Positions 45,637 to 55,914 of a stretch of DNA of 64,000 nt are shown piece by piece; within the stretch, counting starts at the first letter, position 1; each line of letters starts with the position of its first letter. A program made the position numbers and the translations under genes. Where the stretch lies: the IMG/VR virus record IMGVR_UViG_3300000553_000006, positions 64,001 to 128,000 of that record, one strand, 5' to 3'. The notes beneath the pieces are model-generated. The model was given only the letters and a program-made list of their open reading frames with translations. It was not told the DNA's origin and did no database searches. This DNA is from a virus. Its lineage: Duplodnaviria; Heunggongvirae; Uroviricota; Caudoviricetes.

Positions 45637-47673
45637 TTATTTCAATCCAACAATAATAGCACCGTTTGCTCCTGGAACACCAGCTGCGTTGGCTACAGTA
45701 TACAATCCTCCAGTTCCAACTGGCCATGAAGAGTTGGAAACGTTCGTATTGGTACCAACTGCTCCATATACTTGAAGAGTAGAAGAGAAACCAAATCCTG
45801 CTCGGGCAGGTCCTGGCGCTCCACAGAAACCACCTTGACCCAAATCTCCAGTTGTTTTAAGCACAGCACCTACAGTTCCACCAATCCCCGCTGATCCATT
45901 TGCATTCAAATCGCCGCCGGAAGCAACGCCGCCAGTTCCATTAGCTGTTGTGTTACCATTTCCTCCAGGCTGACATACAATAGTATTAGCTGAAGAGTTA
46001 GTAGCAAGAACAGTAGAGTTTTGTTGTGCTCTTCCAACAACTAGAGGAACAGTTTGTCCGTTTGTAACTGTAATTGTTTTATATGCAAATCCACCACCAC
46101 CGCCAGGGTGAGTTGAGTTTCCTGATACGTTTGATGCAGCGTTTCCATATCCGCCTGGTCCATATACTTGCAAGAACAATTGTCCTGCTCTTGCAGCAGT
46201 ATATGTGTATGATCCTGGACCAGAATATGTATTAGTCAAAGATGATGTGTTTGCACTCAAAAATCTATATGCAATTTCGAAAGTGTTATTTACAGCACTA
46301 GAAATAGATAACGGTGCACCAACAGCGATGTAAATTCCTTGAACAGTTCCGCTTCTTGTAAAAATAGCACCACCACCAGCGTCCGCGCCTGGATAATAAT
46401 AAGAAGCTCCAGTAACTGCTTTACCAATAAGTTCAGGAATAGGGAAATTGCTGTTAGCTTGAATCAGATTATTAGAAGCATAAGAGTAAGTAACGGCTGA
46501 AGCAAGCAAAAAGTTGTTTGAATATCCCACATTTGAAGCAGGATCAGTATTTCTTACTGCTGTACCGAGAACTACGTTAGTGTTGTTGTTAAGGATTTGT
46601 TCAGCTTTATTGCTAAATTGTGCACCAATCAAAAGACTTGATAGATTAGAAGATACGTTTACATATGTGCAGACATTTGTAGTAGGGTTAAATGACCATA
46701 CTACAGGATTTGACGTTTTTGTATCAACATAAATGCTTGCTGTATTTGAAATTAATAGTACTGGTCTAGTTGCTTGGTACAAATTATTTGTAGCTAATGC
46801 TCCGTTGGCGCCAGCAGTAACAGTAGTTCCACTAATTCCAAGCATGTAATATGCACCAACACTTGCAGCATTACCTACTGAAGTAGCACAAACTGAGGTA
46901 GCATTTTGTACAATAAAGCCAATGTCTTGAGTACCAGTAGGAATAACTGCATATCTATTATTAAACACAGTAGCTGAACCAAACGTAATTGCTCCGTTGG
47001 TTGGGTTTACCGTAACAACTCTTGCTGAATAAACAGTATTTGCAACTGAAGCAGCAGCGTTAGCTTGAGTATGTCCAAGAATAACGGCTGTTGAATTTAT
47101 TTGAGCAGCAAATGATGCAACCAAGTTACCTACAGAAACAGATCCGAGAGTCCCAAAGGTGATTGTTTTAGATGCAGTATTAACTATCATAGCCTGCATT
47201 TGCACGTTACCGCTACCTGTAGTATTAGCGTTAACTCTATACATTACCATAAGATTATCATTAAGAAGTATAGAAGTAGTATAATAATCTGCAGGAGGGA
47301 TAGTAGCAGTAGAGTTAATAATAGCAGTGTTTACTAACGCAACAGTATTTGTTGTAAAGTCTGCTGAAAATACTACAACATAGTTGTTACCTACTGCAGT
47401 GGAGTTGGCAGCTCCGTTTGCATATTGAGCAGATGTAACAAAATATTGAGTAGATTGAAAACTGTTAGCAGTGATACAAAATGGTTGGTAAAACGCCGCA
47501 CCATATGCAGTAGGATAAAGATATGTTGAAGCTGCAGAGTTTGCGTAGATAGCGGATTGGTTTGCACAATAAAGTGGATTGAGCATGTCCCAACGAGCGT
47601 TGATGATTACGTTGGCTGCTCCACCACCCTTTTTTGCGCTTGCAAGAAGAAGCTTATTGGCAACTGAAGACAT
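45637..47673 (-). CDS. Gly-rich fibre-tip adhesin (gp38-like)
   Basis: C-terminal Gly-rich loops (VYGPGGYG, GGGGGFAYK, GANGAIIV); directly follows the long fibre gene. Confidence 0.7.
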   Translation of the reverse strand: MSSVANKLLLASAKKGGGAANVIINARWDMLNPLYCANQSAIYANSAASTYLYPTAYGAAFYQPFCITANSFQSTQYFVTSAQYANGAANSTAVGNNYVVVFSADFTTNTVALVNTAIINSTATIPPADYYTTSILLNDNLMVMYRVNANTTGSGNVQMQAMIVNTASKTITFGTLGSVSVGNLVASFAAQINSTAVILGHTQANAAASVANTVYSARVVTVNPTNGAITFGSATVFNNRYAVIPTGTQDIGFIVQNATSVCATSVGNAASVGAYYMLGISGTTVTAGANGALATNNLYQATRPVLLISNTASIYVDTKTSNPVVWSFNPTTNVCTYVNVSSNLSSLLIGAQFSNKAEQILNNNTNVVLGTAVRNTDPASNVGYSNNFLLASAVTYSYASNNLIQANSNFPIPELIGKAVTGASYYYPGADAGGGAIFTRSGTVQGIYIAVGAPLSISSAVNNTFEIAYRFLSANTSSLTNTYSGPGSYTYTAARAGQLFLQVYGPGGYGNAASNVSGNSTHPGGGGGFAYKTITVTNGQTVPLVVGRAQQNSTVLATNSSANTIVCQPGGNGNTTANGTGGVASGGDLNANGSAGIGGTVGAVLKTTGDLGQGGFCGAPGPARAGFGFSSTLQVYGAVGTNTNVSNSSWPVGTGGLYTVANAAGVPGANGAIIVGLK

Positions 47674-47688
47674 ATATCACACTCCGAA

Positions 47689-50600
47689 TTAAGCAGCAGC
47701 TAGGATCGCAGGAGCACCGTACCAAGTTGTTCCACCATCTCTAGTTGCAAATACAAGAATATCAACACCTGATGCAGTAAGTGTTGGAGCAGAACCACCA
47801 GCCCATTTAGTACCTGACATCCAGGTAATTGTTTGAGAACCACCATTGGTTAGCTCTAGAACAAACGACGTAGCATTACCAGTAGCAGCAACGTTCGCAG
47901 CGACAAAGGTGTTGGCAGCAGTAATTGTTTTAGAGAAGTATGTTCCTTGGTTCAAATCGAACACAGAACCTGTACCAACTGCGACTGCATCTTCAGCCAT
48001 CAGACCTTTATTATATAGTCCGCCAGTTGCAGTAATAGCACCAGTTACACCAAGTGTTGATCCGACAGTTGCAGCGCCAGAGAATGATGCGTTAGCTGTC
48101 CAGTTCCACCAACCAGTAGAGTTAGCGGACATATAAGAGTATTGAGAAGCACCTGTGTTGCTAACTATCTGAATAATAGATTGGTCAGTAGCAGAAGCAT
48201 CGCCTCTGATAATAACAGCCCCAGTAGTACTAGAAGCTGGTGACTTAACTAGAAGTGTACCAGTAGCTGCGACAAGGTTTCCTGATGCAGTAATTACAGT
48301 TCCTTGAATGGTAGAAGTAGCATTAACGAAACCAGTAATGGTTGTGTTGCCTGCTGCTAGTGTTGTTACACCAGTTACAGCGCCTGCAAGAGAAAGACCA
48401 GCACCACCTTGGATTGTTGACGTTGCATTAATAAATCCAGTTACTGTAGTGTTACCAGTTGCAAGAGTTGTAATACCAGTTACAGCTCCAGCTAGAGTCA
48501 TACCTGCTCCACCTTGAATGGTAGAAGTGGCATTGATGAACCCTGTGATGGTTGTGTTACCAGCAGCCAAAGTAGTAATACCGGAAGCAGCACCAGCGAT
48601 AGTTAGACCGGCTCCACCTTGAATGGTTGAGGTTACGTTAGCGAAACCAGTAATCGTTGTGTTACCACCAGCAATAGTTGGGTTACCAGAGATAGCTGTT
48701 GAAGTGATGGCTGTGTTAATAGTAGCATTACCAACATAGATATTTGTTGGAGTCAAGTTTACGTTAGCTCCAACTGCGATAGCAGTTGCTGAGATTGCAG
48801 AGTTTACGGTAGAGTTACCAACATACATGTTAGTAGCTGTTAAGTTTACGTTAGCTCCAACTTTAGCTGATGTTGAGTTGATAGTAGCATTTACTGTTGA
48901 GTTTCCTAGAGTTAGGAAAGCTGTAGAGTTACCAACCATCGTAATGCTTGCATTGTATGTATGAACACCAGTAAAGGTATATGCACCAGAAGTGTTTACA
49001 TAGTTGGCAAGGTTAGATGATAGCTGTGAATTTGATACTACGTTAACAGCAGCAACTGAACCAACGAATGACGTATTGTTAGCAGTCAATCCAGCTACGT
49101 TAGAAGAAAGTCCTGCAGTAGTTTGATATCCAGAAGCAGCAGTTCCACCAAGATAAGAAGCATTATTTGAAGACAAAGTAGCTACGTTTGCTGACAAACC
49201 AGCTGTTGTTTGATATCCAGCTGCAGCAGTTCCACCAAGATAATTTGAGTTATTGGCTGTAATGTTTGGTTGTGATGTGGTAACCAGAGTACCTGTGATT
49301 TGGTTAGCATACAAGTTCCAAAGAGCACCAGAAGAACCAAGATTTAGATTGTTAGATGCTGGTCCGAAGCCTACGTTTGAGGTCCATGAAGTAGTCGCAT
49401 CCTTATACACAAGGTTAGCAAAGGTTGAAGCAACGATACCTGCACCATCGGTAAGAGCACTGGTTCCTGCGCTGTTAGCGAAGACCATGTTCTTATCGTT
49501 TGTAGTAATTACAGTAGAGTTAACGAATGTAGTTGTACCAGCTAGAGTTAGATTTCCAGTCACAGTCAAGCTACCAGAAACCAGACCGTCGCCTGTTACG
49601 TTTAGAGAACCTACGTTTGCAGCACCAGAAGTAACAACGCTTCCTGTTGTAACCTGAGTAGCTGTTACACTACTGTTTACAGTAGAGTTACCAACTGATA
49701 CGTTTGTTGGAGAAAGGTTTACGTTGGCACCTACGCTCACAGAAGTAGATGTTTTCATTGAGTTAACTGTTGAGTTACCAACAGACATAGATGAAGTAGA
49801 TAGATTTACGTTGGCTCCAACATTCATTCCGCTTAGAGCACTGTGAGTATATGCGTTGATAATACCAACAGTAGAGTTACCTACTGCAAAGTAGTTGTTA
49901 ACTGTTACGTTACCTGTGAAGTTTACACCAGAAACAAGAGCGTAGTTGTTTAGGTTGTTTGTAAGGTTAGTAGAGGTAACATAGTTGGCTAGATTGCTTG
50001 ACAGTTGTGTATTTGACACAACGTTGGCAGCTGATACAGTTCCAACGAATGATGTGTTGTTAGCTGTTAGACCAGCAACATTTGATGCTAGTCCAGCTGT
50101 TGTTTGATAGTTGGTAAGGTTAGATGATAGCTGTGAATTTGATACTACGTTTGCGGCTGATACTGTACCAACGAAGCTTGTGTTGTTGGCAGTCAAACCA
50201 GCTACGTTAGAAGATAGTCCAGCTGTTGTTTGATAGTTGCTTAGATTTGAAGATAGTTGAGCGTTTGAAACAACGTTAGCAGCAGGTAGAGTTCCAATAT
50301 AACTTGCGCTATTTGCAGCACCAGTGAACGCAGTAGAGTTGATTGTTGAGTTTACAGTAGAGTTACCAACAGTAACTGTAGTTGAGATCAAAGGAGCAGA
50401 AGTGTTTGCGTAGTTTGATGCAGCCAATCCACCAAGATTGTATGCATTGTTTGCACCAGAACCGTTAGCGATTAGTGTTCCGCCAATTGAGATAGCAGTC
50501 GTATTGATTACTGTGTTGGTTACGTTCGTACCAACCTGCAAAGATACAGTTGTTGTTAGATTGTTGCCGATTGTTACGTTGTTTGTTGTCTTGTTGAATG

Positions 50601-52647
50601 TGAATCCAGCAGTAGAGTTGGCTGAACCAGAGTCGTTGAACACAACGTCAGTGTTTGCACCAGCAACAACAAGAGTACCAGATACGTTACCAGCAAAGGT
50701 TCCGTAGTATGTTGTAGCGTATACAGTTGTAGCATTGATTGTTGCAAGGTTAGCCACAGAAGCAATTACGTTGTTTGTAGAAACAATCGTAGAAGAGATC
50801 TGTGTATTTACTGAGCTGTTGCCCATGTTAAGAGCAGTAGCAGACATCTGTGTATTTACAGTAGAGTTTCCAACAGATACAGTTGAAGTATTTACTGATA
50901 CGTTAGCACCAATGTTTAGACCAGTTGAGGCATTAGCCACAGCTGTGTTTAGATTTCCTACGTTGGCAGTTCCAGATACGTTAAGAGTTGTGGCGTTTGC
51001 TGTAGTGAAAACACCAACACCAGGGGTTGTTGTACCTATAGATCCAGGTGCAGCGAAGGTAGCACCACCAAGATATGATGCATTGTTAGCAGAACCAGTA
51101 TAAGCTGTGCTGTTGATTGTAGCATTAACTGAAGAGTTACCAATTGTAATTGTGGTTGTATTTGCTACGATACCGATTGAAGTTGAGTTGATCGTACCGA
51201 CTGTTACGTTAGCAGATAGAGCAGCGTAAGAACCAGAAAGGTTAGCATAAGCAGTTGTAGTATTTACATTTGAAGTAGCAGTTACTGTAGCACCGCTTAC
51301 GTTACCGTAAAGAGTTGTTGTGATTACGTTGGTTGTAGCTGTAACTGTGTTACCAGCTACGTTGGCGTTTACAGTTGTTGCGTTTACGTTTGTAGAAGAT
51401 ACAACAATCGCACCAGTTACGTTACCAGTATGAATACCAGCAGTGTTGGCGTTTACTGATGTTGCGTTAACTGTTGTAGCCAGAACGCTACCAGTAGTAA
51501 GTGTTGATGATGTTAGAGAAGAATTGACTGTAGAGTTACCAACAGTATATCCAGTAATAGAATATGTAGCATTTGATGTGCTGTTTCCAACAGACATAGC
51601 AGCTGTTGTTAGAGATACGTTTGCGCCTACGTTAACTCCAGTAGATGCGTTGGCTACGGCTGTGTTTAGATTGGCTACGTTAGCCAAACCTGAAGAGTTT
51701 ATGGCTGTTGCGTTAACAGTTGTGAAATTACCAGTGTTCGCAGTTGTACCACCAATGGGTCCTGGAGCAGCAAAAGTTGCTCCACCTAGGTATGCCGCGT
51801 TATTGGCTGAACCACTGAAAGAGGTGCTATTGACCGTTGTATTTACGGAACTATTTCCAATGGTAATTGCTGCATTGGTGATGAGTACCCCAACTGACGT
51901 TGAGTTGATTGTAGCCAGTGTGACGTTACCAGAAAGCGCAGCAGTCGCACCAACAAGATTAGCATAGGTTGTAGTTGTGTTTACGTTGGCTGTAGCTGTA
52001 ACTGTGTTACCAGCTACGTTACCATAAAGTGTGGTTGTATTAACATTAGCTGAAGCGTTAATAACACTACCAACTACGTTACCGAATAGAGTTGGAGTTG
52101 TTACGTTTGCAGAAGCATTAACAGATGTAGATAGAACATTGACAGCATATACTGTGTTTGTATTAATGTTCGCAGTAGCAACTACTGTCGCTCCAGATAC
52201 GTTACCATATAGAGTTGTGGTGTTTACATTGGCAGTAGCTGTAACTGTGTTACCAGCTACGTTACCGTAAAGAGTTGTAGTAACTACGTTTGATGAAGCA
52301 TTGACTGTTGTAGCAACTACGTTACCAAATAGAGTAGCTGTTGTAACATTGGCAGTTGCAGATACGGTGTTACCTGCAACGTTACCAGTATGAATACCAG
52401 CAGTGTTGGCGTTAACAGAAGTAGCGTTTACGGTTGTAGTATTGATGTTTGCTACGTTAGCCAAACCATGAACAGTAAGCGTTCCGCCAATGTCTACGTT
52501 TGATACTACGTTAGCTGTACCCTGAATCTTCAGAGTTGCGTCTGGAGTTGCAGTCCCGATGCCGACATTTGATTGTCCACCAACGGCTACGATTAGATTA
52601 CCGTTTACGTACAATCCGTTCTTGATCTTAAAGTCAAAGTCTGACAT
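47689..52647 (-). CDS. Long tail fibre protein (1652 aa, N/S/T/A/V/G-rich, repetitive)
   Basis: N-terminal DFKIKNGL; C-terminal DLNQGTYF...ITW...KWAGGSAPTLT..GVDILVF.TRDGGTTWYG domain; late promoter upstream. Confidence 0.85.
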   Translation of the reverse strand: MSDFDFKIKNGLYVNGNLIVAVGGQSNVGIGTATPDATLKIQGTANVVSNVDIGGTLTVHGLANVANINTTTVNATSVNANTAGIHTGNVAGNTVSATANVTTATLFGNVVATTVNASSNVVTTTLYGNVAGNTVTATANVNTTTLYGNVSGATVVATANINTNTVYAVNVLSTSVNASANVTTPTLFGNVVGSVINASANVNTTTLYGNVAGNTVTATANVNTTTTYANLVGATAALSGNVTLATINSTSVGVLITNAAITIGNSSVNTTVNSTSFSGSANNAAYLGGATFAAPGPIGGTTANTGNFTTVNATAINSSGLANVANLNTAVANASTGVNVGANVSLTTAAMSVGNSTSNATYSITGYTVGNSTVNSSLTSSTLTTGSVLATTVNATSVNANTAGIHTGNVTGAIVVSSTNVNATTVNANVAGNTVTATTNVITTTLYGNVSGATVTATSNVNTTTAYANLSGSYAALSANVTVGTINSTSIGIVANTTTITIGNSSVNATINSTAYTGSANNASYLGGATFAAPGSIGTTTPGVGVFTTANATTLNVSGTANVGNLNTAVANASTGLNIGANVSVNTSTVSVGNSTVNTQMSATALNMGNSSVNTQISSTIVSTNNVIASVANLATINATTVYATTYYGTFAGNVSGTLVVAGANTDVVFNDSGSANSTAGFTFNKTTNNVTIGNNLTTTVSLQVGTNVTNTVINTTAISIGGTLIANGSGANNAYNLGGLAASNYANTSAPLISTTVTVGNSTVNSTINSTAFTGAANSASYIGTLPAANVVSNAQLSSNLSNYQTTAGLSSNVAGLTANNTSFVGTVSAANVVSNSQLSSNLTNYQTTAGLASNVAGLTANNTSFVGTVSAANVVSNTQLSSNLANYVTSTNLTNNLNNYALVSGVNFTGNVTVNNYFAVGNSTVGIINAYTHSALSGMNVGANVNLSTSSMSVGNSTVNSMKTSTSVSVGANVNLSPTNVSVGNSTVNSSVTATQVTTGSVVTSGAANVGSLNVTGDGLVSGSLTVTGNLTLAGTTTFVNSTVITTNDKNMVFANSAGTSALTDGAGIVASTFANLVYKDATTSWTSNVGFGPASNNLNLGSSGALWNLYANQITGTLVTTSQPNITANNSNYLGGTAAAGYQTTAGLSANVATLSSNNASYLGGTAASGYQTTAGLSSNVAGLTANNTSFVGSVAAVNVVSNSQLSSNLANYVNTSGAYTFTGVHTYNASITMVGNSTAFLTLGNSTVNATINSTSAKVGANVNLTATNMYVGNSTVNSAISATAIAVGANVNLTPTNIYVGNATINTAITSTAISGNPTIAGGNTTITGFANVTSTIQGGAGLTIAGAASGITTLAAGNTTITGFINATSTIQGGAGMTLAGAVTGITTLATGNTTVTGFINATSTIQGGAGLSLAGAVTGVTTLAAGNTTITGFVNATSTIQGTVITASGNLVAATGTLLVKSPASSTTGAVIIRGDASATDQSIIQIVSNTGASQYSYMSANSTGWWNWTANASFSGAATVGSTLGVTGAITATGGLYNKGLMAEDAVAVGTGSVFDLNQGTYFSKTITAANTFVAANVAATGNATSFVLELTNGGSQTITWMSGTKWAGGSAPTLTASGVDILVFATRDGGTTWYGAPAILAAA
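48290..48700 (-). repeat. About 4 copies of a 34-aa (102-nt) coding repeat
   Basis: GNTTITGF(I/V/A)N(A/V)TSTIQGGAG.T/SLAGA..G.TTLA units; boundaries approximate. Confidence 0.75.
49975..50330 (-). repeat. About 3 copies of a 42-aa (126-nt) coding repeat, with a further copy near 49000-49130
   Basis: YQTTAGL.SNVAGLTANNTSFVG.V.A.NVVSN.QLSSNL.N; the same DNA word recurs at 50105 and 50231. Confidence 0.8.
51960..52420 (-). repeat. Tandem 18-aa (54-nt) coding repeats
   Basis: V(N/T)A(S/T)ANV(N/T)TTTLYGNVAGNT-like units, roughly 7-8 copies; boundaries approximate. Confidence 0.75.
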
Positions 52648-52702
52648 CGGTTCCCTTTCCCCGAGCTATGTTAGTACATCTATTTATAAAAAGGGAATTT
52701 GG

Positions 52703-53035
52703 TTATCGTGTAACTTCAGGATTTACTGTAAAAATACCTTCTTGGATTCGTGTCACGATATTGTTCTGATCTACAAATTTGACATCATATACAAATCTTC
52801 CGAAATCCAAATTTCCAGAAGTATTAGCATCTAGTGCGATAGTGGCATTTTTAAGAGTAGGATCTGGAATAGAAGCCACAAGATTGATTGCGTTTGAAGA
52901 AGTATACCACTTTCGGACTTGGGCTTGAATAGTGCAGAATGCAAGATTAGAAGTATCTACGTTTTTGTCTGCAAGAGATATATTGTTCGTAAACGTGGAC
53001 CCCTGATCCACGTATAGATTGACTTTAGTAGCCAT
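52703..53035 (-). CDS. Virion structural / fibre-associated protein
   Basis: NLYVDQGSTF...AQVRKWY...GRFVYDV...RIQEGIFTVNPEVT. Confidence 0.7.
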   Translation of the reverse strand: MATKVNLYVDQGSTFTNNISLADKNVDTSNLAFCTIQAQVRKWYTSSNAINLVASIPDPTLKNATIALDANTSGNLDFGRFVYDVKFVDQNNIVTRIQEGIFTVNPEVTR

Positions 53036-53045
53036 TAATAACCTC

Positions 53046-53630
53046 TTAGATTGCTAGAGTTGTTCGTTGGAAATTGACGTTATTAACTGCTGAGCTTGTC
53101 AATGGATTGAATTGTAGAATGACTGAAGTAGCATTAGCTGCACCACTGAATGTTCCCATAAGTCCATTGGAAGTTACCACAGCATACTCGGTAAGGAATG
53201 ATACACTTCCATTGTGCGTTACAATAAGCTCAGAAGTTTGACTACCTACTGCAGTAGTTACTTGGGCGAGATATTTGGCTGAACGGAAAGTAGAGATGCT
53301 GTAGCTGTCTACGTTTTGTCCAGCAGCGTTTGATGATGTACTGAAGAACCCTGAAACGATTGAAGAGTTTGCACCAATGTTTACGCCAGTGTCAATAGTA
53401 AGAAGAGCATTAGAAGATACGTTACCGCCGCGCAAAGTCGTACGAACAGCAAGAGTGTCTGCCGAGAACGTTCCATTAACATATGCGTTTCCTGTTGTTA
53501 CGGAACCAGTAGCAGTATTATCTGTGGTAACTACGTAGTTAGAGAATGCATTTGCAAAACCGTTGACCTTATTGATCAGCGATTGAAACGTATCAGTAGT
53601 TACGTCAAGTAGTGTAGTTGTAATTGACAT
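53046..53630 (-). CDS. Virion structural protein (fibre-related)
   Basis: DTFQSLINKVN N-terminus; FRSAKYLAQV...SELIVTHNG...TEYA C-terminal domain. Confidence 0.7.
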   Translation of the reverse strand: MSITTTLLDVTTDTFQSLINKVNGFANAFSNYVVTTDNTATGSVTTGNAYVNGTFSADTLAVRTTLRGGNVSSNALLTIDTGVNIGANSSIVSGFFSTSSNAAGQNVDSYSISTFRSAKYLAQVTTAVGSQTSELIVTHNGSVSFLTEYAVVTSNGLMGTFSGAANATSVILQFNPLTSSAVNNVNFQRTTLAI

Positions 53631-53842
53631 TATTTCTTATCCGCTAATACTTGAAGGAGTAACGCTTTAATCTCACTCATCTCAGATTTGATATTATTCA
53701 ATTCTTCTTTCATGTTCTCTTCTTCTCGAAACCTTGCAGCCTTGGCTCGATAAGCAGCTAATTGAGCATCGTTTGTATTTATTATGGCTCCAGTCTTTAC
53801 GTCACGAACTAGACCATTTACATCGGTCTTAACATAATCCAT
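53630..53842 (-). CDS. Small coiled-coil protein
   Basis: GLVRDVKTGAIINTN...ELNNIKSEMSEIKALL. Confidence 0.7.
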   Translation of the reverse strand: MDYVKTDVNGLVRDVKTGAIINTNDAQLAAYRAKAARFREEENMKEELNNIKSEMSEIKALLLQVLADKK

Positions 53843-55905
53843 TATGCTGTTACTCCGATTGCGCGGAACGCTGCTACTCTTGGTGCTACGTATGAAGTAT
53901 TTGATAGAAGAACGATCTTGAACGCCATAGTATCGAATGTGTCATACTGAGCCATGTTGCTGTTGTAATAACGACATACATTGCTGTTTTGTGGATTTAC
54001 GAATGCAGTATGTGGAGTTGATAGTTTGTCAATATTAAATCCAGTTCCAAGAATACTACTATTAGTATATGCAGTATCCATAGTAAGAACAGTAGTATTT
54101 GTAACAGCGACAACTGAAGTCACGAAATAGTTTTGTGGAGAGATCGTTGAGTAAACTTTAATTAGATCACCAACAACAATTTCTGTACCAAACTTTGTGT
54201 TTGCTCCAAGAATTTGTGCATTACCTGATGTTACAGTAGCTTGACCGTTAGCTGTGAATAGAGTAGGCGGTGAGGCAGGAAGATTATAAACTAGATCAAC
54301 ATAATTTGAGTTAGAAATGCTGCTGCTTACTTGAGTGTTTGAACTACTATTAGATGCAAGCAGAGTCCAATCTTTATCATCAAATGAATCAGAATCCTTT
54401 GCGTTGAATAGACGAGCATATACTTTAACATCTGTTCCAGCTGGTTTGTATGCTGTTACGTAAGCGAACACACCTTCAGCTGACTTGTTTTGATCAAAAG
54501 AAACAGAAGTAGTGATATGTTTACATTGAGCGTTACCGATACCGAGAGGTGAGTTCTCATTAGTAACGTCGTTATTGATACCGTTATTGCTTACAAAGAT
54601 GTCAAGCTTTTCGCTGTATAGTGCAGGAGATTGATACAATCCGTTCGCATTTTGCTTTACACCAATAGTAACATAGAAGATACCAGACTTACCATTAGTA
54701 AATAGTGAGTTGGCGTTACGAACTTCGTTAGAGTGAGAAAGAAGTTGTGCGCCATATTGGTAAACAGTTTCTAGTTGATTATTGATGAAATTCTTTTGAT
54801 TTGCGTTGTTGATACCGTAACCACCACCATTTGCGTAAGCAAAGTTGTACGCAAGGTTCATATAACCGTTTGGAGGAAGGTATGCCAAAAGTTCAGGAAG
54901 GAATTGGTGGACGCTTAGGTCTTGAATTGAGACGATGTTTGCAGAAGCTCCAGAAATTTCACCAACCACAGTGTTAGCAGCTGTAAAGTATACAGTTGAG
55001 TTTGCTGATGAGTTTGCAAGGTATAAAGTGTTTGCTACTGGATCTGTAAAGTAAACAGTTCCAACAACAGACTTGTAATACATTGCTTGTGAATTTGATA
55101 GAGGTAAAGGTGAATCTACAAGTAGAACAGATGAGTTTACATAAGTTACATTACGAATTAGATTAGTGTTACCTGAGTTGATAACAATGTTGTCACCAAC
55201 AGTAATTGTAGAAGAGAAGTTACCTGCACCATTAGAGAACACATAGTTATTTACAGCGAGGATTGATACATTACCAGTTACTGGAGTTCCGCTAACAAAT
55301 ACGCGTTCGCCGCCAACAAATTGTCCGGCTTGATTATTAACATTGAAGAACTCATAATTCTTATCAACGATTTGTACAGTAACGCTGTTAGATGTGAATG
55401 ATGCGATATTTACTTTAAGCTTAAGTTCTGTAGAAGAGATTGGTGTCCAAGTACCATCGTTTGCGTGACTGAATAGACCGCCAGTGAAGTTTGTTACACC
55501 AGAGTAAGGACTGTTTGTACCGAAAACACGATCACCAACCTTGGCTGACCATAGAATGAAATTAGGATCATCATAGTTGATCAGAATGGCATACTTCTTG
55601 CCAGTTGAAAGGCTGATAGGATTAGCAAAAGAGAACACAGTTGGCATGTCTGGAGTTGGTCCAGAGTTAATTGCAGGGTGTTCTACTCTAACCTTTGAGT
55701 TTTGATACAAAGTAGATAGATCAGGAACATCGTTTACTGTTTCGCAGATCGTGATCTCTACGCCCGGATATGTGATACCAGAGATAGTCTTAATAGGATC
55801 AGGCTTTGCTTTGAAGAATAATGCAAGACTTGTTAGATTAACAGCAGTAGCTCCACCCACTGTGTTTGGATCAACATAGAAAGTTTGCGCTAGGTTAAAC
55901 GTCAT
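53842..55905 (-). CDS. Baseplate-associated virion structural protein
   Basis: AQTFYVD...LTSLALFFK N-terminus; FDTMAFKIVLLS....PRV..FRAI C-terminus. Confidence 0.75.
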   Translation of the reverse strand: MTFNLAQTFYVDPNTVGGATAVNLTSLALFFKAKPDPIKTISGITYPGVEITICETVNDVPDLSTLYQNSKVRVEHPAINSGPTPDMPTVFSFANPISLSTGKKYAILINYDDPNFILWSAKVGDRVFGTNSPYSGVTNFTGGLFSHANDGTWTPISSTELKLKVNIASFTSNSVTVQIVDKNYEFFNVNNQAGQFVGGERVFVSGTPVTGNVSILAVNNYVFSNGAGNFSSTITVGDNIVINSGNTNLIRNVTYVNSSVLLVDSPLPLSNSQAMYYKSVVGTVYFTDPVANTLYLANSSANSTVYFTAANTVVGEISGASANIVSIQDLSVHQFLPELLAYLPPNGYMNLAYNFAYANGGGYGINNANQKNFINNQLETVYQYGAQLLSHSNEVRNANSLFTNGKSGIFYVTIGVKQNANGLYQSPALYSEKLDIFVSNNGINNDVTNENSPLGIGNAQCKHITTSVSFDQNKSAEGVFAYVTAYKPAGTDVKVYARLFNAKDSDSFDDKDWTLLASNSSSNTQVSSSISNSNYVDLVYNLPASPPTLFTANGQATVTSGNAQILGANTKFGTEIVVGDLIKVYSTISPQNYFVTSVVAVTNTTVLTMDTAYTNSSILGTGFNIDKLSTPHTAFVNPQNSNVCRYYNSNMAQYDTFDTMAFKIVLLSNTSYVAPRVAAFRAIGVTA

Positions 55906-55914
55906 AATTATTCC

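Noticed and set aside
47689-52647. Fibre repeats as a CRISPR array or DGR template/variable repeat
   Set aside because: The repeats are in-frame, degenerate at synonymous sites and have no unique spacers. No reverse transcriptase or adenine-specific mismatch pair was seen.
52650-52670. Purine-rich leader GGGGAAAGGGAACCG before the fibre start codon as an ncRNA
   Set aside because: Only one copy occurs in the window and it is explicable as an extended Shine-Dalgarno.
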